Shown: positions 14,581 to 28,579 of the stretch, in pieces
Position numbering within the stretch: position 1 is the first letter of the stretch
How the letters are laid out: each line of letters starts with the position of its first letter
Assembly (NCBI GenBank): GCA_964016885.1
Contig: OZ024743.1
Location: 57,164,001 to 57,228,000 of the forward strand
Direction: 5' to 3'
Origin: Eledone cirrhosa
Lineage: Eukaryota
Length of the DNA stretch: 64,000 bases
Notes under the pieces: model-generated
What the model saw: the letters and a program-made list of their open reading frames with translations, nothing else
Databases searched by the model: none
What the model was told of the DNA's origin: nothing
Translations under genes and position numbers: made by a program

Positions 14581-15971
14581 TTATAAGTAAATAAATAATA
14601 ATTATTATTGGGTGCTTTCAATGCCTGTGATAGGAAAGATTAATCTGATGTTTTGTGTGGGTTTTTCTCTGGAATTATCTTAAAGCGCAGTCCCCTTGTA
14701 TTGTTTCTAGTCGACATATTTTGTATCGTTGTCATGAATATTCATTAAAAATGTTATTACTGTTAAACCTACTGATTCCTCTTCGGCGATGTCTCCTTCC
14801 CTTTACTCGATGTAAACCTCACTCTGTGTTATTTTTGTCCTTGTATTGTCCCTAATATGCTGGGCCCTTGTGGCAAATAACAGAAATCGCTGTTAGAGCA
14901 TTGGACAAACGCTTAACAGTATTTGTTCCGGTTCTTTATGTCTGAGTTCAAATCTGAGTTCAAATCTGGTTCAAATCTGAGGTTAACTTTACCTTTTACT
15001 CTTCTGAAGTCGATTAAATAAAATACCAGTAACGCACTAGGGGCGATTTAATCGACTTTCCCCTTCCTGAAAATTGTTCGCCTTGCTCCTAAATCAGAAA
15101 TAATTACTTTTTACTATTGGTTCACTGGCATAATCGTTAGAGCGTCGGACATTCTTTGCGGGATATAGTTACGTACCTTTGCATTCTGAGATCAAATTCT
15201 GCCGAGGTTAGCTTTGCCTTTTATCCTTACGGGGTCGATTCAACCGACTTTCCCCTCTCCTCAAATTTTGATCTTGTGCCTATAGTAGAAATCCTCATTA
15301 TAATTATTGTTTCTACTTTTGGAACCAGGCCAGCAATTATCCTAGTGTATTACTGGTACTTATCCTGCAAAGCATGTCCGGCGCTCTAAGCCCACCAATA
15401 ATAATAGTAATCATTATTATTGGTGGGCTGGCAGTGTCGTTAGAACTTTAGACAACATGCTTTGCATCAATACACTGAATCCTTTCAATACTGATTAAAA
15501 GAAACATGTTTTATTGAAAATGATCAATTTTGATTAAACTAAACTTTCACAAAATGAATTACGACGACTGTTACATAGTTGCATCGACGTTTGATTTACT
15601 CTTGGACACCATCACTGTCATGGAGAGGGAAGATGTGGAAAGTATGGGTACTGTGCTGCCTTTACGCAAAACACACTATCCAGCATTATGCCTCGGGGAT
15701 GAAAACACACGACAAGTAATGACCTAGATTAGGGGGGAGTGGTGCTATCATTCTTCCTGATTTGTCTTATCTCCCTTCCGTATTTATTTTGTAAGAGCAT
15801 GAGAAAACAATGGGATGAAGGTGTATTGGAAAAATCATTAGAGTGGCAGTCGAGAATGTTATGTGGTATTTTTTGTCAGGTCTCTTTACGTTTTGATTTC
15901 AAATCTCGCCGAGCTTAACTTTGCCGCTAATCATTCTTGGACTAGTAAAATATAGTACTAGTTCAGTACTG

Positions 15972-16253
15972 TTGTGGCGTGTGGCCTAATTGTAATGGTG
16001 ATGGACTTACGATCATAATGTTGTGGTTGTATTCCTGGGCTGGGTATTGTGTTGAGTTCTTGAACAAAATACTTCATTTCACGTTGTTCCAGTATACTCA
16101 ACTGAAAATGAGTACCAGCAATAGCTGAGAGTTTAACCCTGCGATGGACTGGCGCCCTGTCCAGGGAGGAATCTGGAACTCTCAGACACTTCACGCCACG
16201 AAACTGGGATAAGCACTGGCCTCACAAGCCTTCTGATTTGAGACATACTTTGG
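15972..16253 (+). mobile_element. SINE family B nested in SINE A
   Basis: 15-bp TSD ACTAGTTCAGTACTG at 15957 and 16254. Confidence 0.85.
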
Positions 16254-16708
16254 ACTAGTTCAGTACTGGCGTCGATTGACTTTCCCCTCCCTTAAATTGC
16301 TGCTTAAATCAGAACCTATTATTATTCTGAGTTCAAATTCCCTTTCATCCTTTCAAGGTTAATAAACTAAAGTACCAGTCATGTGCTGGAGTCAATATAA
16401 TCGACCTTTCTCTTCTCCCAAATTGCTGGCCTTGTGCTTAAATTAGAAACCATTATCTTCTAATGCTGTACATTTGTTACATTTAGAGAATAACTTCCTA
16501 TATTTTTTGCACTAATTCACCACTACTAATTAAATATAGCAATAATTACACATGTAGATTAATTAATTCTATTACTAACCATTGGGAACATTAGTTGCTG
16601 TATATTTACCAACTGTTTTGTATTTTCTGATTCAATTTTGCTTTTGTAGAGATTTTTTTGTTGCTACACATCATTTGATTTAGATACAATAAGCTTTTTT
16701 AATCAATA

Positions 16709-16915
16709 TACGAAATTTGTCTGAAAAGTAACGGGACTGGTGTCACAAACAATTTATTTCAATTAAAAACAACAAACTACATGGTTTCCCCTTCAAAGTA
16801 TTCCCCTTCAAGTTTAATGCACCTTTACATCCTTCTCTGCCACGCTTCTATGCATTGCTAGGAGGATTCTTCTCTGATGCCTCTCAGCAGCTTCGTTATG
16901 GCCCTCTTGATGCCT
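16709..16915 (-). mobile_element. Mariner 3'-end fragment
   Basis: TIR similar to 25262-25353 plus the transposase C-terminal coding remnant. Confidence 0.7.
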
Positions 16916-17299
16916 GGTTCATGTTGTTACTATATTCACGTATGTATTTCTCTTTCTCGATTATTGTTTCCTTTCTCGCTCATTCTCATTCTAGTCATGT
17001 ATAAGTCGTGCGAAGTAACTTACCGAATCAAACTGTTGAAAAGTCACGTTGACTACCGGAAACTTTGAAGTGCATTGACAGTAGAATTTTAACCTATGGA
17101 AGTTTTAAACATTTCGAGAATGTCCCGGTGGCATATTGGGTAGTGTAGCGGACAAACTGATCAGTCGATTTAACTTATTGGTCGTGTGCCTTTTATGTCT
17201 GCCAATGGTCGACTTAGTTCTAAGCCAGTTTCTAGGTTAATTTCATTTCAGACTTTATAAAACAACCCTATGATCTCTGCATTGCGAGCCGCGGCACTG

Positions 17300-17480
17300 G
17301 GGTTTGTGGCTGAAGCGACTAAATTGGAGGTCGAGAACGGGTCACAGCGCGTCGCATCCCAGATGAGGGATTTATTCCTTCGAAAGGGAAGAGGGTAATT
17401 CCGTCGGGGCGTTTGCCGTCACCATTGTCGAGGCCTATTGGCTCCGGTTGTGACTGGAAGCCGGTTGCGTCGAGGCTCCT
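17300..17480 (-). pseudogene. CRE-like non-LTR restriction-like endonuclease (RLE) fragment
   Basis: EPIGLDNGDGKRPDGITLFPF, then WDAT after a frameshift. Confidence 0.75.
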
Positions 17481-17539
17481 TAAAATATATATGTTAGGAT
17501 GTGTTATAAAGTCAATTAAAAATGTGTTTATTATGCTAC

Positions 17540-17578
<39 letters not shown>

Positions 17579-18689
17579 TTAAAAACAATTTAATAGAAAA
17601 AGAAAAAGAAAATAGATTGAGAAGAAAGAATAAAATGTAAAATAAGAAAATATAAAAAAAAACGGAGAAGGAAGGGAAAGGCAAGGGCTCTAGTGTCACA
17701 GAAAAATGGGGAGGGTGAAGGGGGATGGTGATAGGTTTGGGGCCTGTGGTGTGGTGGTAATGGGGCTGCGCCCTGCGGACAAGAACACAAAAGCATTCCT
17801 GCGGACAATGGCTAGCACGACACCCACTGCAACAGCCACCTCACTTCGCGGGGCTTCTTCAGACGCCTGAGGTCTCGACGTGTCACAAAATGTGATAGTG
17901 CCAAAAAGTGTGACGGGGTCTTATAAAATATTATAAAATATGTTAGGATGTGTTATAAAATGTAGCGAAGTGTTCATATTAATAATTATATTTTGAATCC
18001 TAATTGTGATCGTCTTATTTCTATCTCCAGGGAAATAGATGAATACCACAACTTCACACAATATTCACTAAATAACCATTAGTTTGGAACAGAATGACAG
18101 CACGATTCCTAGTTTAAAAAAAAAGTTTTAAATCTCAAATAAAAACAAGAATCAATTCAGTGTACGGAACAAAACACGCCTTCTCTGATAGATTCTCACA
18201 GTTAGATCGATAACAGAAATCAAAGAGTATGAAACAGAATTAGTCTCGTCTTGTCTTTGATTCGCTCTACTCCACTTTATCATCTAAATGACGTTTCGGC
18301 GGCGGCGGTGGTGGTGGTGGTGGTGGTTGCTGCTGCTGCTGCTGCCGCCGCCGTCGTCGTCGTCGTTGTCGTTGACGTTATTGTTGTTGTCTTTTTCTTT
18401 TTTCCTTTTTCTTTTTCTTTTTCTTCTATTTTTATTTTTATTTTTTCTCTTTTCTTTATCTTTTTTCTTTTTTTCTTTCTTTCTCTTCATGTAGTCCATT
18501 ACTTGACGTATCCTACTTTAATTCCTCCATGTCCATTAAAAAGCTTTTCTAAGGATTCTGTATGTACAACTGACCAGTTAACGCTGTTACACTAACTTGA
18601 CACTGACCAGAGTACTCTATGATTCTCAACATTATATCAACCTGTCTTGTTTTAGATTGTCTTCTCAGACTGAGAACTTTATCAAAGTC

Positions 18690-18900
18690 CTTCAATATAT
18701 TAACTAACCATTTCCCTTTCATGCCTGTCTCCATCGAGATCTCTGGTGTCCACGGTCCCCGAATGACCGTTTTCTTCCTCCCAAACCGGGAGGAATGTGT
18801 CTCGCATGAGGAAGGAGCTCTGCGAAGTAGAGTGGTTTATACAGTGGGTGTCGCTCGCTGTTCTATGCGGCAATGTCATCGCCATTTTGACCGAGGAACG
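18690..18900 (+). pseudogene. CRE-like RLE C-terminal fragment
   Basis: FMPVSIEISGVHG...EVEWFIQWVSLAVLCGNV. Confidence 0.65.
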
Positions 18901-19031
18901 TAGATGAATTATACCGCCTAGTCTTTACTTTCGCTATTTAAGTTCTTTTCCTTCTTCTTCGTTTTTGTTTCTTTGAATATGCAAGCGTTGATGAATTGTC
19001 AGTAAATTTCATTATTTATTTACTAGCTGAG

Positions 19032-19245
19032 TTCGGTGAATTGGCAGTATCAGTAGAGCACCGGACAACATGCGTTGTAGCATATAGTTACGGCCCTTTA
19101 CGTTCTGAGTTCAAAACCCGTGAGCTTTGCCTTTCATCCTTACGGGGTCGATAAAATAAAGTACCAGTAATGCACTCGAGTCGATTTAATCGACTTACCT
19201 TTCCCCAAAATTGCTGGCCTTGTGCCTAAATCAGAAACCATTATT
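19032..19245 (+). mobile_element. SINE family A
   Basis: Head, B box, core and tail present. Confidence 0.8.
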
Positions 19246-20066
19246 TATGTACTAGTTGGATATTGGCTAGGGCTTACTGTCAGTCCAACATGTTTATTAA
19301 CTTGTAGAAGTTTATCTTTTCTAGTCCAGCAATGTACTAACCATTGGCTCTTGGCCCATTCACCTTCTATTTATTGTGAACCATCAATTTATAGGTCCCA
19401 TACTTATCTACATAATATACTACTGGATAACATTAGGCCCTGACACCTTATGACACCAGATGCAGTTTAGTCATACCCTGGATTGTTACTAATATTACTA
19501 GGAACCAACTAAGAGCAACGTATTGACAAATTGGTTGAGCATGCTATTAATACCATTGAGGTTTGTGTCCTGGTTCCTTGAACTCTGAGTTCAAATCCCA
19601 TCGTGGTCAACTTTGCCTTTCATTCTTAAGGGGTCAATAAAATACAGTATCAGTCAAGTACAGTTGAATTAATCAACTTTGCCTTTCTTTGAATTTGCTG
19701 ACCTCGTTTCTTAGAAATCAATATTACTTGTGACCAATTAATGTGACCAATTAGTAGTTAATAAATCTGTTAGAAATAGTAGCCAAGAGTGACTATACTG
19801 CTTGAAGTAGACACGAATATAATATACAAGACAAACAAATTGACAGGATAATCAAGGCAAGAATATCAATAGATCTATGCCACGCACGCACGCGCACATA
19901 CAACTCGGGAATCTACACACACACACACACACACAACATATATATATATATATGCGTAGTACCGGCATATATGTCTAAATATTATGTATATATGTATATA
20001 TATATATGCACATATATTATGTATATATAATTATATATGTACATATATTATGTAAAAAAAAATATA

Positions 20067-20163
<97 letters not shown>

Positions 20164-21234
20164 TTATATATATGTGTGTATAAATGTATGTGTATGAGTA
20201 CATATGTATATTAATATATATATAATGGTACTTTAGTTTCAGGCATTATCTTCAGATAACAATCAACTGAGCAATACATATGTGGTGATTGCTGTGAATT
20301 TGAATGTGCCTATAAATATAGTTGATAAATCGAAAGATATTCAGCATTTTCCCCATTATGTATGTTGTTCCAACACAGCAGCCATATTGAGAAATATATT
20401 GTAGTAACACGACAGCTTTCAAGTGATGTAAAGCATAAGCATATTCTACTCGAGAGCTTTATCTACCTGACATTTATTGACATATGAAAGAGATCTTCAT
20501 CCAAAGTCGTTAGCTGTGTTTGACTAACTTATCTAGACCAACAGAAACTCAATATTAGTTCTATCAAAGATTGATCCTTTGTAAATATTAATTGATGCGA
20601 CTCTGGCCATCAATTGCATCAATATTCAGAAAAAGAATCATCGCCTTTCTCATCCAACTCTTATCTTACTATATTCGTGTGAAATCGGAAGCCAACTAAC
20701 TTCCTGTTGCCTTCTATATTAATGTATTATTCTATTAGATATCTTTGTGAGATTGTCACTTGTCAAACAGACGATATTTATCCTAGCTTTATGATGTATT
20801 TCAGTTAACTCAGTACACATTCTAACGCAGACATAGCTAAGTGGTTAAGATGTTTAATTCGCAATCATAGTATCTTGGATTCGATCCAAATATGTAGCAA
20901 CTTGAACATGCGTCTTTATATTATAACTTCCAGTTAACCCAGACATGGTGAGTATAGAACAAAGTCCGGTGATCCGAAGGCTGGTAAATCCTTGTTAATC
21001 CGTTTGCGGGTAATTATCCAAATCCAGTTGGACATACAGAAACTGTGAGCTAGCTGAAGCCAGTCGCGTTGTAACTGTAATTCAAAAGCCCAGCCATTTC
21101 CTATATTATGTCACGCTGATTCTACTTGAAAATTACATTAAAAGTACACGTGTCTGTGGAATACTCGACTACAGTGCGAACAGAATATTTTGAACACAGT
21201 GTCTTTTGCATTGATAATATTGTATTACATATTA

Positions 21235-21450
21235 GGGCGGTGGATTGGCAGTATCGGTAGAGGGTCGGACGCCATGCTTTGCAGCATAGAGTTACGGCCC
21301 TTTATGATCTGAATTCAAATCCCGAGAGGCTAATTTTGCCTTTCATCCTTACGGGGTCGATAAAATAAAGTACCAGTCACACACTGGGGTTGATTTAATC
21401 GACTGTCCCCTCCCCCCAAATTGATGGCCTTGTGCCTATATAAGAAACCA
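21235..21450 (+). mobile_element. SINE family A with TSD
   Basis: TSD AATATTGTATTACATATT on both sides. Confidence 0.9.
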
Positions 21451-21597
21451 ATATTGTATTACATATTCTTATAGTATATATGTAGATAAGGTAGCAAGTT
21501 TATAATGATCAAGACACACTGTATCACGGTGGCGCCCCTACGACACCATGGGTTAAAGGCCCTGTACCCTTTCTTGATATATGTAGATAGAAATAAC

Positions 21598-21784
21598 TGT
21601 TTCTACTTTTGGCACAAGGCCAACAATTTCCCAGTGTATTACTGGTACTTTATTTTATCGACCCCGTAAGGATGAAAGGCAAAGTTAACCTCGGCGGGAT
21701 TTTAACTCAGAATGGCAAGGGCCGTATATCTATGCGTCAAAGCATGGCGTCCGACCCTCTACCGATACTGCCAATTCACCGTCC
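21598..21784 (-). mobile_element. SINE family A with TSD
   Basis: TSD TATGTAGAT(A/G)GAAATAAC on both sides. Confidence 0.9.
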
Positions 21785-22267
21785 TATGTAGATGGAAATA
21801 ACAATGGACATTGGAGATGGTTATAGTTTTAGATTTGAATATAATGGTAATCGATACATGACTCCACTATCTTTTGTATGTGTATACTCTTCTAATGGAA
21901 TATGATTATTTATTTAGTACCAGTTATACTTGTGGATGTGAAGGCTGAAGTATGAGTTATAAAGTCTAATATTATATCTAAATTTAACACCTTTATCAGT
22001 AGTTAAAGGTAACAGTTCTTTAATCTCAGGGTGTGAATGAGGAATGGGTCCTAGTAGCATCTATCCATTACCACAAAAGTAATTGAATGGAAGATTTCTC
22101 TGGGATTTCCGAAAGAATCTTTCTTTTAAATACATGAATGGAGCATATTTAGAACATTTCCCACCCTTCTTTCAATTCCTTTAGAAATATAAAACTTCTG
22201 ATGTTTGGAAATTGTCTAGACTATCTTGTTTAATGTTTGAAGCAGGTGTTTGTTGATTTCCATCGCG

Positions 22268-22321
<54 letters not shown>

Positions 22322-22324
<3 letters not shown>

Positions 22325-22508
22325 AACCAGTAAGACCCCGACAGCTGAGCTCAAGCCGTTTCGACGGCTAATTCTGAATTAGCCGTCGAAACGGCTTGAG
22401 CTCAGCTGTCGGGGTCTTACTGGTTCCTATTACCCACTCTACTACCTCAAGTATTGAGTACTTTGGTGCGTTATGGTCCACCTGGTTCCTTACCACATTT
22501 CCTTCGTT
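22322..22508. mobile_element. Asymmetric palindromic PLE-end insert in (TA)n
   Basis: About 52-bp perfect arms; GAAAC-GGCT..AGCT-GTC HHR 3' half; second copy at 54357-54551. Confidence 0.8.
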
Positions 22509-22533
22509 ATATATATATATATATATATATATT

Positions 22534-22640
<107 letters not shown>

Positions 22641-22989
22641 TATATATGTATTATCTCTCTCTGTCTAGTAATTTACCGCTGTTGGTCTGGGGTTGCTTAT
22701 TCGTCCGGTAGTTGCCCGCCTATATCGCAACTAGACATCATATCTGGTGGCCGTATCGCTATCCGCCACCTGCGACCCGTTCTTTAGCAGAAGAGCTCGC
22801 TTGGAAATAAGTCCTCCTATTTGCATATGCGGTACAAGCAGGCAGGAAGAATCGCAGTAGAGAGAGTAAAGGCGTCCAAAGTTGAAACATAGGAGGACTT
22901 TGTGGTTGAGCTGGATTCGACTTCAGATCAGCAAATAAAGTGTTCTGGCAGACCACCCGCCGACTTCTTAATAAGAAGCCCTCCTCCAC

Positions 22990-23400
22990 ACCCGATATCA
23001 AAAACGCGTCTGGAGGTTCTCCTCTCTCCAGAGAGGTGCATCCTCGCGAGGTGGAGAGAACACTTTGCTGATCTCCTAAACCTGATCACAGCAGCATCAT
23101 CTGATGTACACGAGGTGCATCTGGGAGCGGTGACTAATATCTCAGAGGCTGAACTGAGGTCACAAGAGCAGTTAAAGGGCTCAAATCCGAAAAAGGCTGA
23201 TGGGGAAGATGAAATTCGGTTCGAGATGTTAAAAGCCTTAAATATAGAAGGTATTCTCTGGCTGACTCATGTGTGCCGGGTGGCCTAGATCTCTGGAAAG
23301 GCACCTAAGCAATGGCAATTGGAAGTGATATTCCCAATGTTTGAAAAGACAGATTTTCTAAATATAGAGGGACTTCAGTGATAAGCTCCCGGTAAAGCCT
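22990..23400 (+). pseudogene. RTE-type LINE reverse transcriptase fragment
   Basis: RWREHFADLLN...DGEDEIRFEMLK...PKQWQ..VIFPMF. Confidence 0.75.
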
Positions 23401-24417
23401 CTTTTACCTGTTCCAGCCATCCGGCTGAGGCCTTGCTGGGGCACCGCCCTTGTTGCTACACATTTTATCTCCAGCCTGTATTGGTGGGCCCCTGGTGCAA
23501 GAGGGAGTTCGTGCTGTCCTTAGGATTCCCTCGTGCCTTGCTGTGGGCTCATCCGGGATCCTGGATAGCAAGGTGTCGAGATGTTTCTTTAAAACATCTA
23601 CATCCACACCATGCAGATCTCGCAGATCCCTCGGCAGCTTGTTGAAGAGTTGAGGGCCCTTGAACCCCAGGCTATTGCAATATCTGCTCCTTATTCTAGA
23701 TGTGGAAGAAGTGACCATTGGTACCACACAGTGACGTCCTGTTCGAGGGTTGGTCCAGCTCCCAATGCCAAAGTTTGGTGCTAGTCCCTCCAGGATTTTT
23801 CCCATGTAGATCACTGCGTATCTCTCCCGTCTTCGTTCCAAGGAGTAGAGGTTTAATTCTTTTAGCCTCTCCCAGTAGCTTATCTCATTCATCGTCGCAA
23901 TCCTCTTGGTGTAGCTTCGTTGGATTGCCTCAAGCTCCGTGGTTAGTTTGACACTATGGAGTGACCACAATTGGGAGCAATAGTCCAGGTGGCTTAGGAC
24001 AAATGTCCTCCATAGTGTCAACATGGTGTATCGGTCTCTTGTCCGGAAAGTCCTCAAGATGCAGCCAGCGAGTCGTCTGTACATTGTCGCCACTTTCATG
24101 ATGTGTGAGGAAAAAGATGCATCGTCGTTCATGTCTATACCCAGGTCTCGTATAGATTTCGACACGGGAATATCGGTCCCTCCTGGTCCGGCGTAACTGC
24201 ATTGTACTATATTTGTGTTCGCAGGTATGTATTGTAGGGCTTGAAATTTGCCAGCATTAAACTGCCTGTTGTTGTCTTCCGCCCATTTGTATATGGCATC
24301 CAGATCTTGTTGTAAAAGGCCAGCTGGGTTTTTGATTGCCTGTGCTACCTTAGTGTCATCAGCATAGCTAATGAGGGATGTTGTATGTACTACAGAGGGC
24401 ATGTCTGAGAGAGCGAG

Positions 24418-24420
<3 letters not shown>
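23400..24420 (-). mobile_element. 5'-truncated CR1-type LINE (RT C-terminus and 3' end)
   Basis: YADDTK, RDLG, LDYCSQLWS, ERLKELNLYSLERRRER. Confidence 0.9.
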
Positions 24421-24448
<28 letters not shown>

Positions 24449-25353
24449 CGAGGTGGGTCAGAAAAGTTCCAGGACTGATGTCACAAAAGATATAATTCAA
24501 ACCCAAACTTCACACTAAGAGTTTTCTCCTTCAAAGTAATCCTCCTGGAGTATGTAACTGTAATCTTAGTTCTCTGCAGCGATCAAACTTTTTTCTTCAT
24601 AATTTTATATACATGTCCTCTGTTTCAGGTCGTTAAGCAATGAGCACAGAGCAACGAACAAACTTGAAAACTCCGTCAGAAGCAAGCACTGGGATTGCTG
24701 CAGCAAGTGTATGGAGATGAGAGGATGTCACGCTCACGTGTTTTTGAGTGGTGCAAGAGGTTTAAAGAAGGACGCGAGGACGTGGAAGATGGCCCCAGGA
24801 GCGGAAGGCCCTCAACAACCAGGACTAAGGTCAACGTTGAGCGTGTCTGGCAGATGGTGCGTAGCGATCGTCGGTTGACTGTTCGACTGATGGCAAATGA
24901 GCTGGGCATGAATCGGAACAGCGTCTGGAAGATTCTCACTGAAGATTTGGACATGCGGAAAGTCTGCGCGAAGATGATGCCAACACGGCTGAACGATGAC
25001 AGAAGGGTCGACGCATGCAAGTGTGCCAGGACATTCGCGAACATCTTGAAACCGAACCAGACTTGCTAGGGACATGCATCACCGGTGATGAGTCAATGAA
25101 TCTTCGAGTACGACCCGGAGGGGACCCTTTTTGAAGACGTGGTCGATTTCAAAAAGGCCGTGACGACGGAACTGCGGAGGATCCCGGAAGAATCCTTCCA
25201 GGAGTGTATGCAAGCGTGGCATCCAAAGGATGAAAAAGTGCATTAGACCCCAGGGGGGGGGGTGACTTTGAAGGAGAAAACTGTTAGTGTGAAGTTTGGG
25301 TTTGAAATAAATCTTTTGTGACATCAGTCCTGGAACTTTTCTGGCCCACCTCG
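24449..25353 (+). mobile_element. Internally deleted mariner transposon
   Basis: About 90-bp TIRs (CGAGGTGGG.CAGAAAAGTTCCAGGACTG), TA flanks; HTH region VYGDERMSRSRVFEWCKRFKEGR..RSGRP; ITGDES. Confidence 0.92.
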
Positions 25354-25355
25354 TA

Positions 25356-25392
<37 letters not shown>

Positions 25393-25397
<5 letters not shown>

Positions 25398-25480
25398 AAA
25401 ATTGAACGGGAACAAAACAGAGAGGCAGTACGAACAAAGGTTTATTAGTTTCACGCTCTTGAGAGTGGGGTGGTGGTGAT
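25393..25480 (-). mobile_element. PLE 3' terminus in (TA)n
   Basis: Same terminus as 12690 and 30935. Confidence 0.65.
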
Positions 25481-25551
25481 ATATATATATATATAAATAT
25501 ATACGTAGGTTTGTATATCTGTGTGTATGTGTACTGGTTTGTATGTGTCCG

Positions 25552-25587
<36 letters not shown>

Positions 25588-25784
25588 CGGACACATTTTA
25601 TTTGATGTGATCGCCTGTATGCGCGCTTGCGCTCTCTTAAATTATTTATACGTTGGCAGCATCAATATAATTTTCCATGAGAGATTCAACTGTGAAGTAG
25701 TATCAGACTGTATGGTATATTTTGTGCCTACTGTTCATCTATTGATCGTATCACATCTTGTGTAGCTTGTGTTGGTGTTACTGT

Positions 25785-25965
25785 CAGAGGATATACCACA
25801 GCGTATCAACTGCTAGACCGCCTATTATCTCGTCTGTATGTAGTTTATGCTGTTATTGGAAAAGGATATACCAAAGCTACTATAGAAAACATTATCTCGT
25901 TTGAGTGTAGCTTATGCTCTTACAGTGAGGGGATATACCACATCATATCAGCTACTAGATCTCAC
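25785..25965. repeat. Degenerate tandem repeat, about 70-bp unit, about 2.6 copies
   Basis: GGATATACCA recurs near 25789, 25864 and 25931. Confidence 0.65.
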
Positions 25966-26495
25966 ATCATTTTATTTGGATATTATCACACACAGGCATG
26001 TCCGTGTGGTTTAAAGTGTCGCCATGTATACACCAGCATGTTATGAATAAAATTTGTTAGGCGGAATCTGTGTGGAAGTCTCTCGACACATAGACTAACA
26101 CAGACAGACACACATAGCGACACACACATACCGGCAAACACACATACACACGCATGCAGACACATACATTCAACACAGACACACACACACACACATACAC
26201 ACACACAACATAGACACACATAAAGACGCAGGCACACACAGACACGCATACATACACATATACATACACACACATGTATATATATATATTTTGTTGACTC
26301 CGTTGATTTAAAAAAAAACAGTATTACTCGTTTAGTTTACATATTGAGACTCCATCCATCCTATTTATTTTATAACAATGGGATTTCTAGTAGTGTACTT
26401 TTTTGGTCGTGTATAATACTTTTTAATGTATAAAGAAAATTATTCATCGCAGGGTTGATCCCTCTCTGGATTTTAGTCTTCGCATTTATTATTAT

Positions 26496-26562
<67 letters not shown>

Positions 26563-26563
<1 letters not shown>

Positions 26564-27362
26564 GTGTCCATAAAGTCCCTTTACAATTTAAAAAATCACA
26601 TTGCATTTGTGTATTTTGGGTATCCTGATGATGAAAGAGGTACTGTTAAATGAACCCCTAAAATATGGCTACTCCTCAAGAAAAAGGCACAATGTGTGTC
26701 ATGGTTTATTCAAAGAAAATCGGATACGCGGACTCAGCGAATCTACAGAACTAAGTATGGAAGAGATCCCCCGTCACGTCCGTCAATTCGGGCATGGCAC
26801 AACAAATTTATCATTGGTCCATTTTTTTTCAATGAGACATCAGTTACAGCAAATGTTTACCTTGAACATTTGACAGAACATGTAGCACCACAACTAAATG
26901 ACTTTCAACCAACAATCATTTTTCAGCAAGATGGTACACCACCACATTGGGGACTGCATGTTCGAGGGTTCCTAATCAAACATTTCCAGACCGGTGGATT
27001 GGAAAGGATGGCCCAATTCCCTGGCCACCTAGTTCACCAGATATCACTCCCCTGGACTTCTTTCTATGGGGATATGTTAAAGATATTGTGTATCGAACAA
27101 AGATACAGGACATCACTGATCTAAAGCAAAATATCACTGATGCTATTGCCACCATTGATGAGGCTTTGCTACAGCAAACATGGCAATAAATCGAGTACCA
27201 TCTTGATTTGCTTCGTGAAACTAATGGTGCCCATATAGAGGTGTATTAAATTAGTTAAAACAACTTCAATATCTATTCCTCATTTTGTAACAATTTCCAC
27301 ATATTTATCTGTTCATTTGCTTTTGTAATAATTTTTTAAATTGTAAAGAGACTTTATGGACA

Positions 27363-27364
<2 letters not shown>
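26563..27364 (+). mobile_element. DD41D (rosa/Visitor-type) Tc1/mariner transposon, deleted and frameshifted
   Basis: TIR GTGTCCATAAAGTC.CTTTACAATTT; FQQDG...WPPSSPDITPLDFFLWGY with 41 residues between the last two catalytic D after frameshift repair. Confidence 0.88.
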
Positions 27365-27395
<31 letters not shown>

Positions 27396-27398
<3 letters not shown>

Positions 27399-28207
27399 TA
27401 TAGAGTAAAGCATGTCCAGAGAATTATTTAATAATATATATACATCATCTCTACTCCCAATCAGCATAATTAACCACACAAAAAAATCAATTAGACAAGG
27501 CTATAAGAATAAAAGGTCACCTATGAAGAAACAGTAAATAAATACGCCACAGCAGCGTCTTCGCGTCCAACCGCTATAGAATATTTACCCAACATTTCAA
27601 CAGCACGTGGAAATTAATTAAATATACTGTCAACCATACATAATTAGGTAAAAATTAAAGTTAGAAATACTTATATACATACCAGGATTAAATCACTAAA
27701 TCCCGACCCATGGGTTTCGCTCACATTTTGAGATATCTTATTAAGGATAAAATCTCGAGTTTAGAGCTCATCAGGGGACAAACTCGCTAGGACAGATTAT
27801 TTTCCGAAGTGGCCCCCGCCAAACACGAATTCAAAATGGTTGAGAACTATGACGTGGCAGTGGTCAAGTCAGGAAGGGTGTGATTGGTTGCTTACGGCGA
27901 GTGGGTTAGCTGCTAGAAAGCGCAGCCCAATATCGCCCATATTGTATCTCAACCTTATGGGAGATTATTAAATATAAATATTTACACATACACCAATTAG
28001 ACAAAGTTACAGGTATATGTGTTTTGGCAACTATTCACGATGTGGCTCAATGAAGAATTAAAAAATTAAATAATCAAGCAAAATACTATAGAGTAAAGCA
28101 TGTCCAGAGAATTATTTAATATATATATACATCATCTCTACTCCCAATCAGCATAATTAACCACACAAAAAAATCAATTAGACCAGGCTATAAGAATAAA
28201 AGGCACC
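27396..28207 (-). mobile_element. Non-coding HHR-bearing element with terminal direct repeats (retrozyme-like or non-autonomous PLE)
   Basis: About 125-bp direct repeats at 27396-27521 and 28084-28207 (period 688); (TA)n on both sides; intact HHR; no ORF. Confidence 0.75.
27700..27779 (-). ncRNA. Intact type I hammerhead ribozyme
   Basis: gtccc-CTGATGA-gctc...gagc-GAAA-cccatggg-TC|gggat; stem III ACCCATGGGT is a perfect palindrome; predicted cut between 27705 and 27704. Confidence 0.92.
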
Positions 28208-28208
28208 A

Positions 28209-28256
<48 letters not shown>

Positions 28257-28528
28257 GGTGTCCCCCACACACTTTGATTACCTGTACAGGCAATATTTAT
28301 TAGAATGATGTTGAAGTGTGTATACATTTTGGAGGGTACTCTGTGTTTATATATATATAAACATTGTTAGTTAATAAATCAACTAATACCTTCACACTTC
28401 ACACAAAGTAAAACATTTCGTTTTAATCATTTTCTAACCCAGAAAAAAGAGAGAAGGAAATAAAAAAGGAAAAAAATATATTTTTCTTCCTAATAATCGT
28501 CTCTTTCTCCCTGTTTTCATACATATAT

Positions 28529-28579
<51 letters not shown>

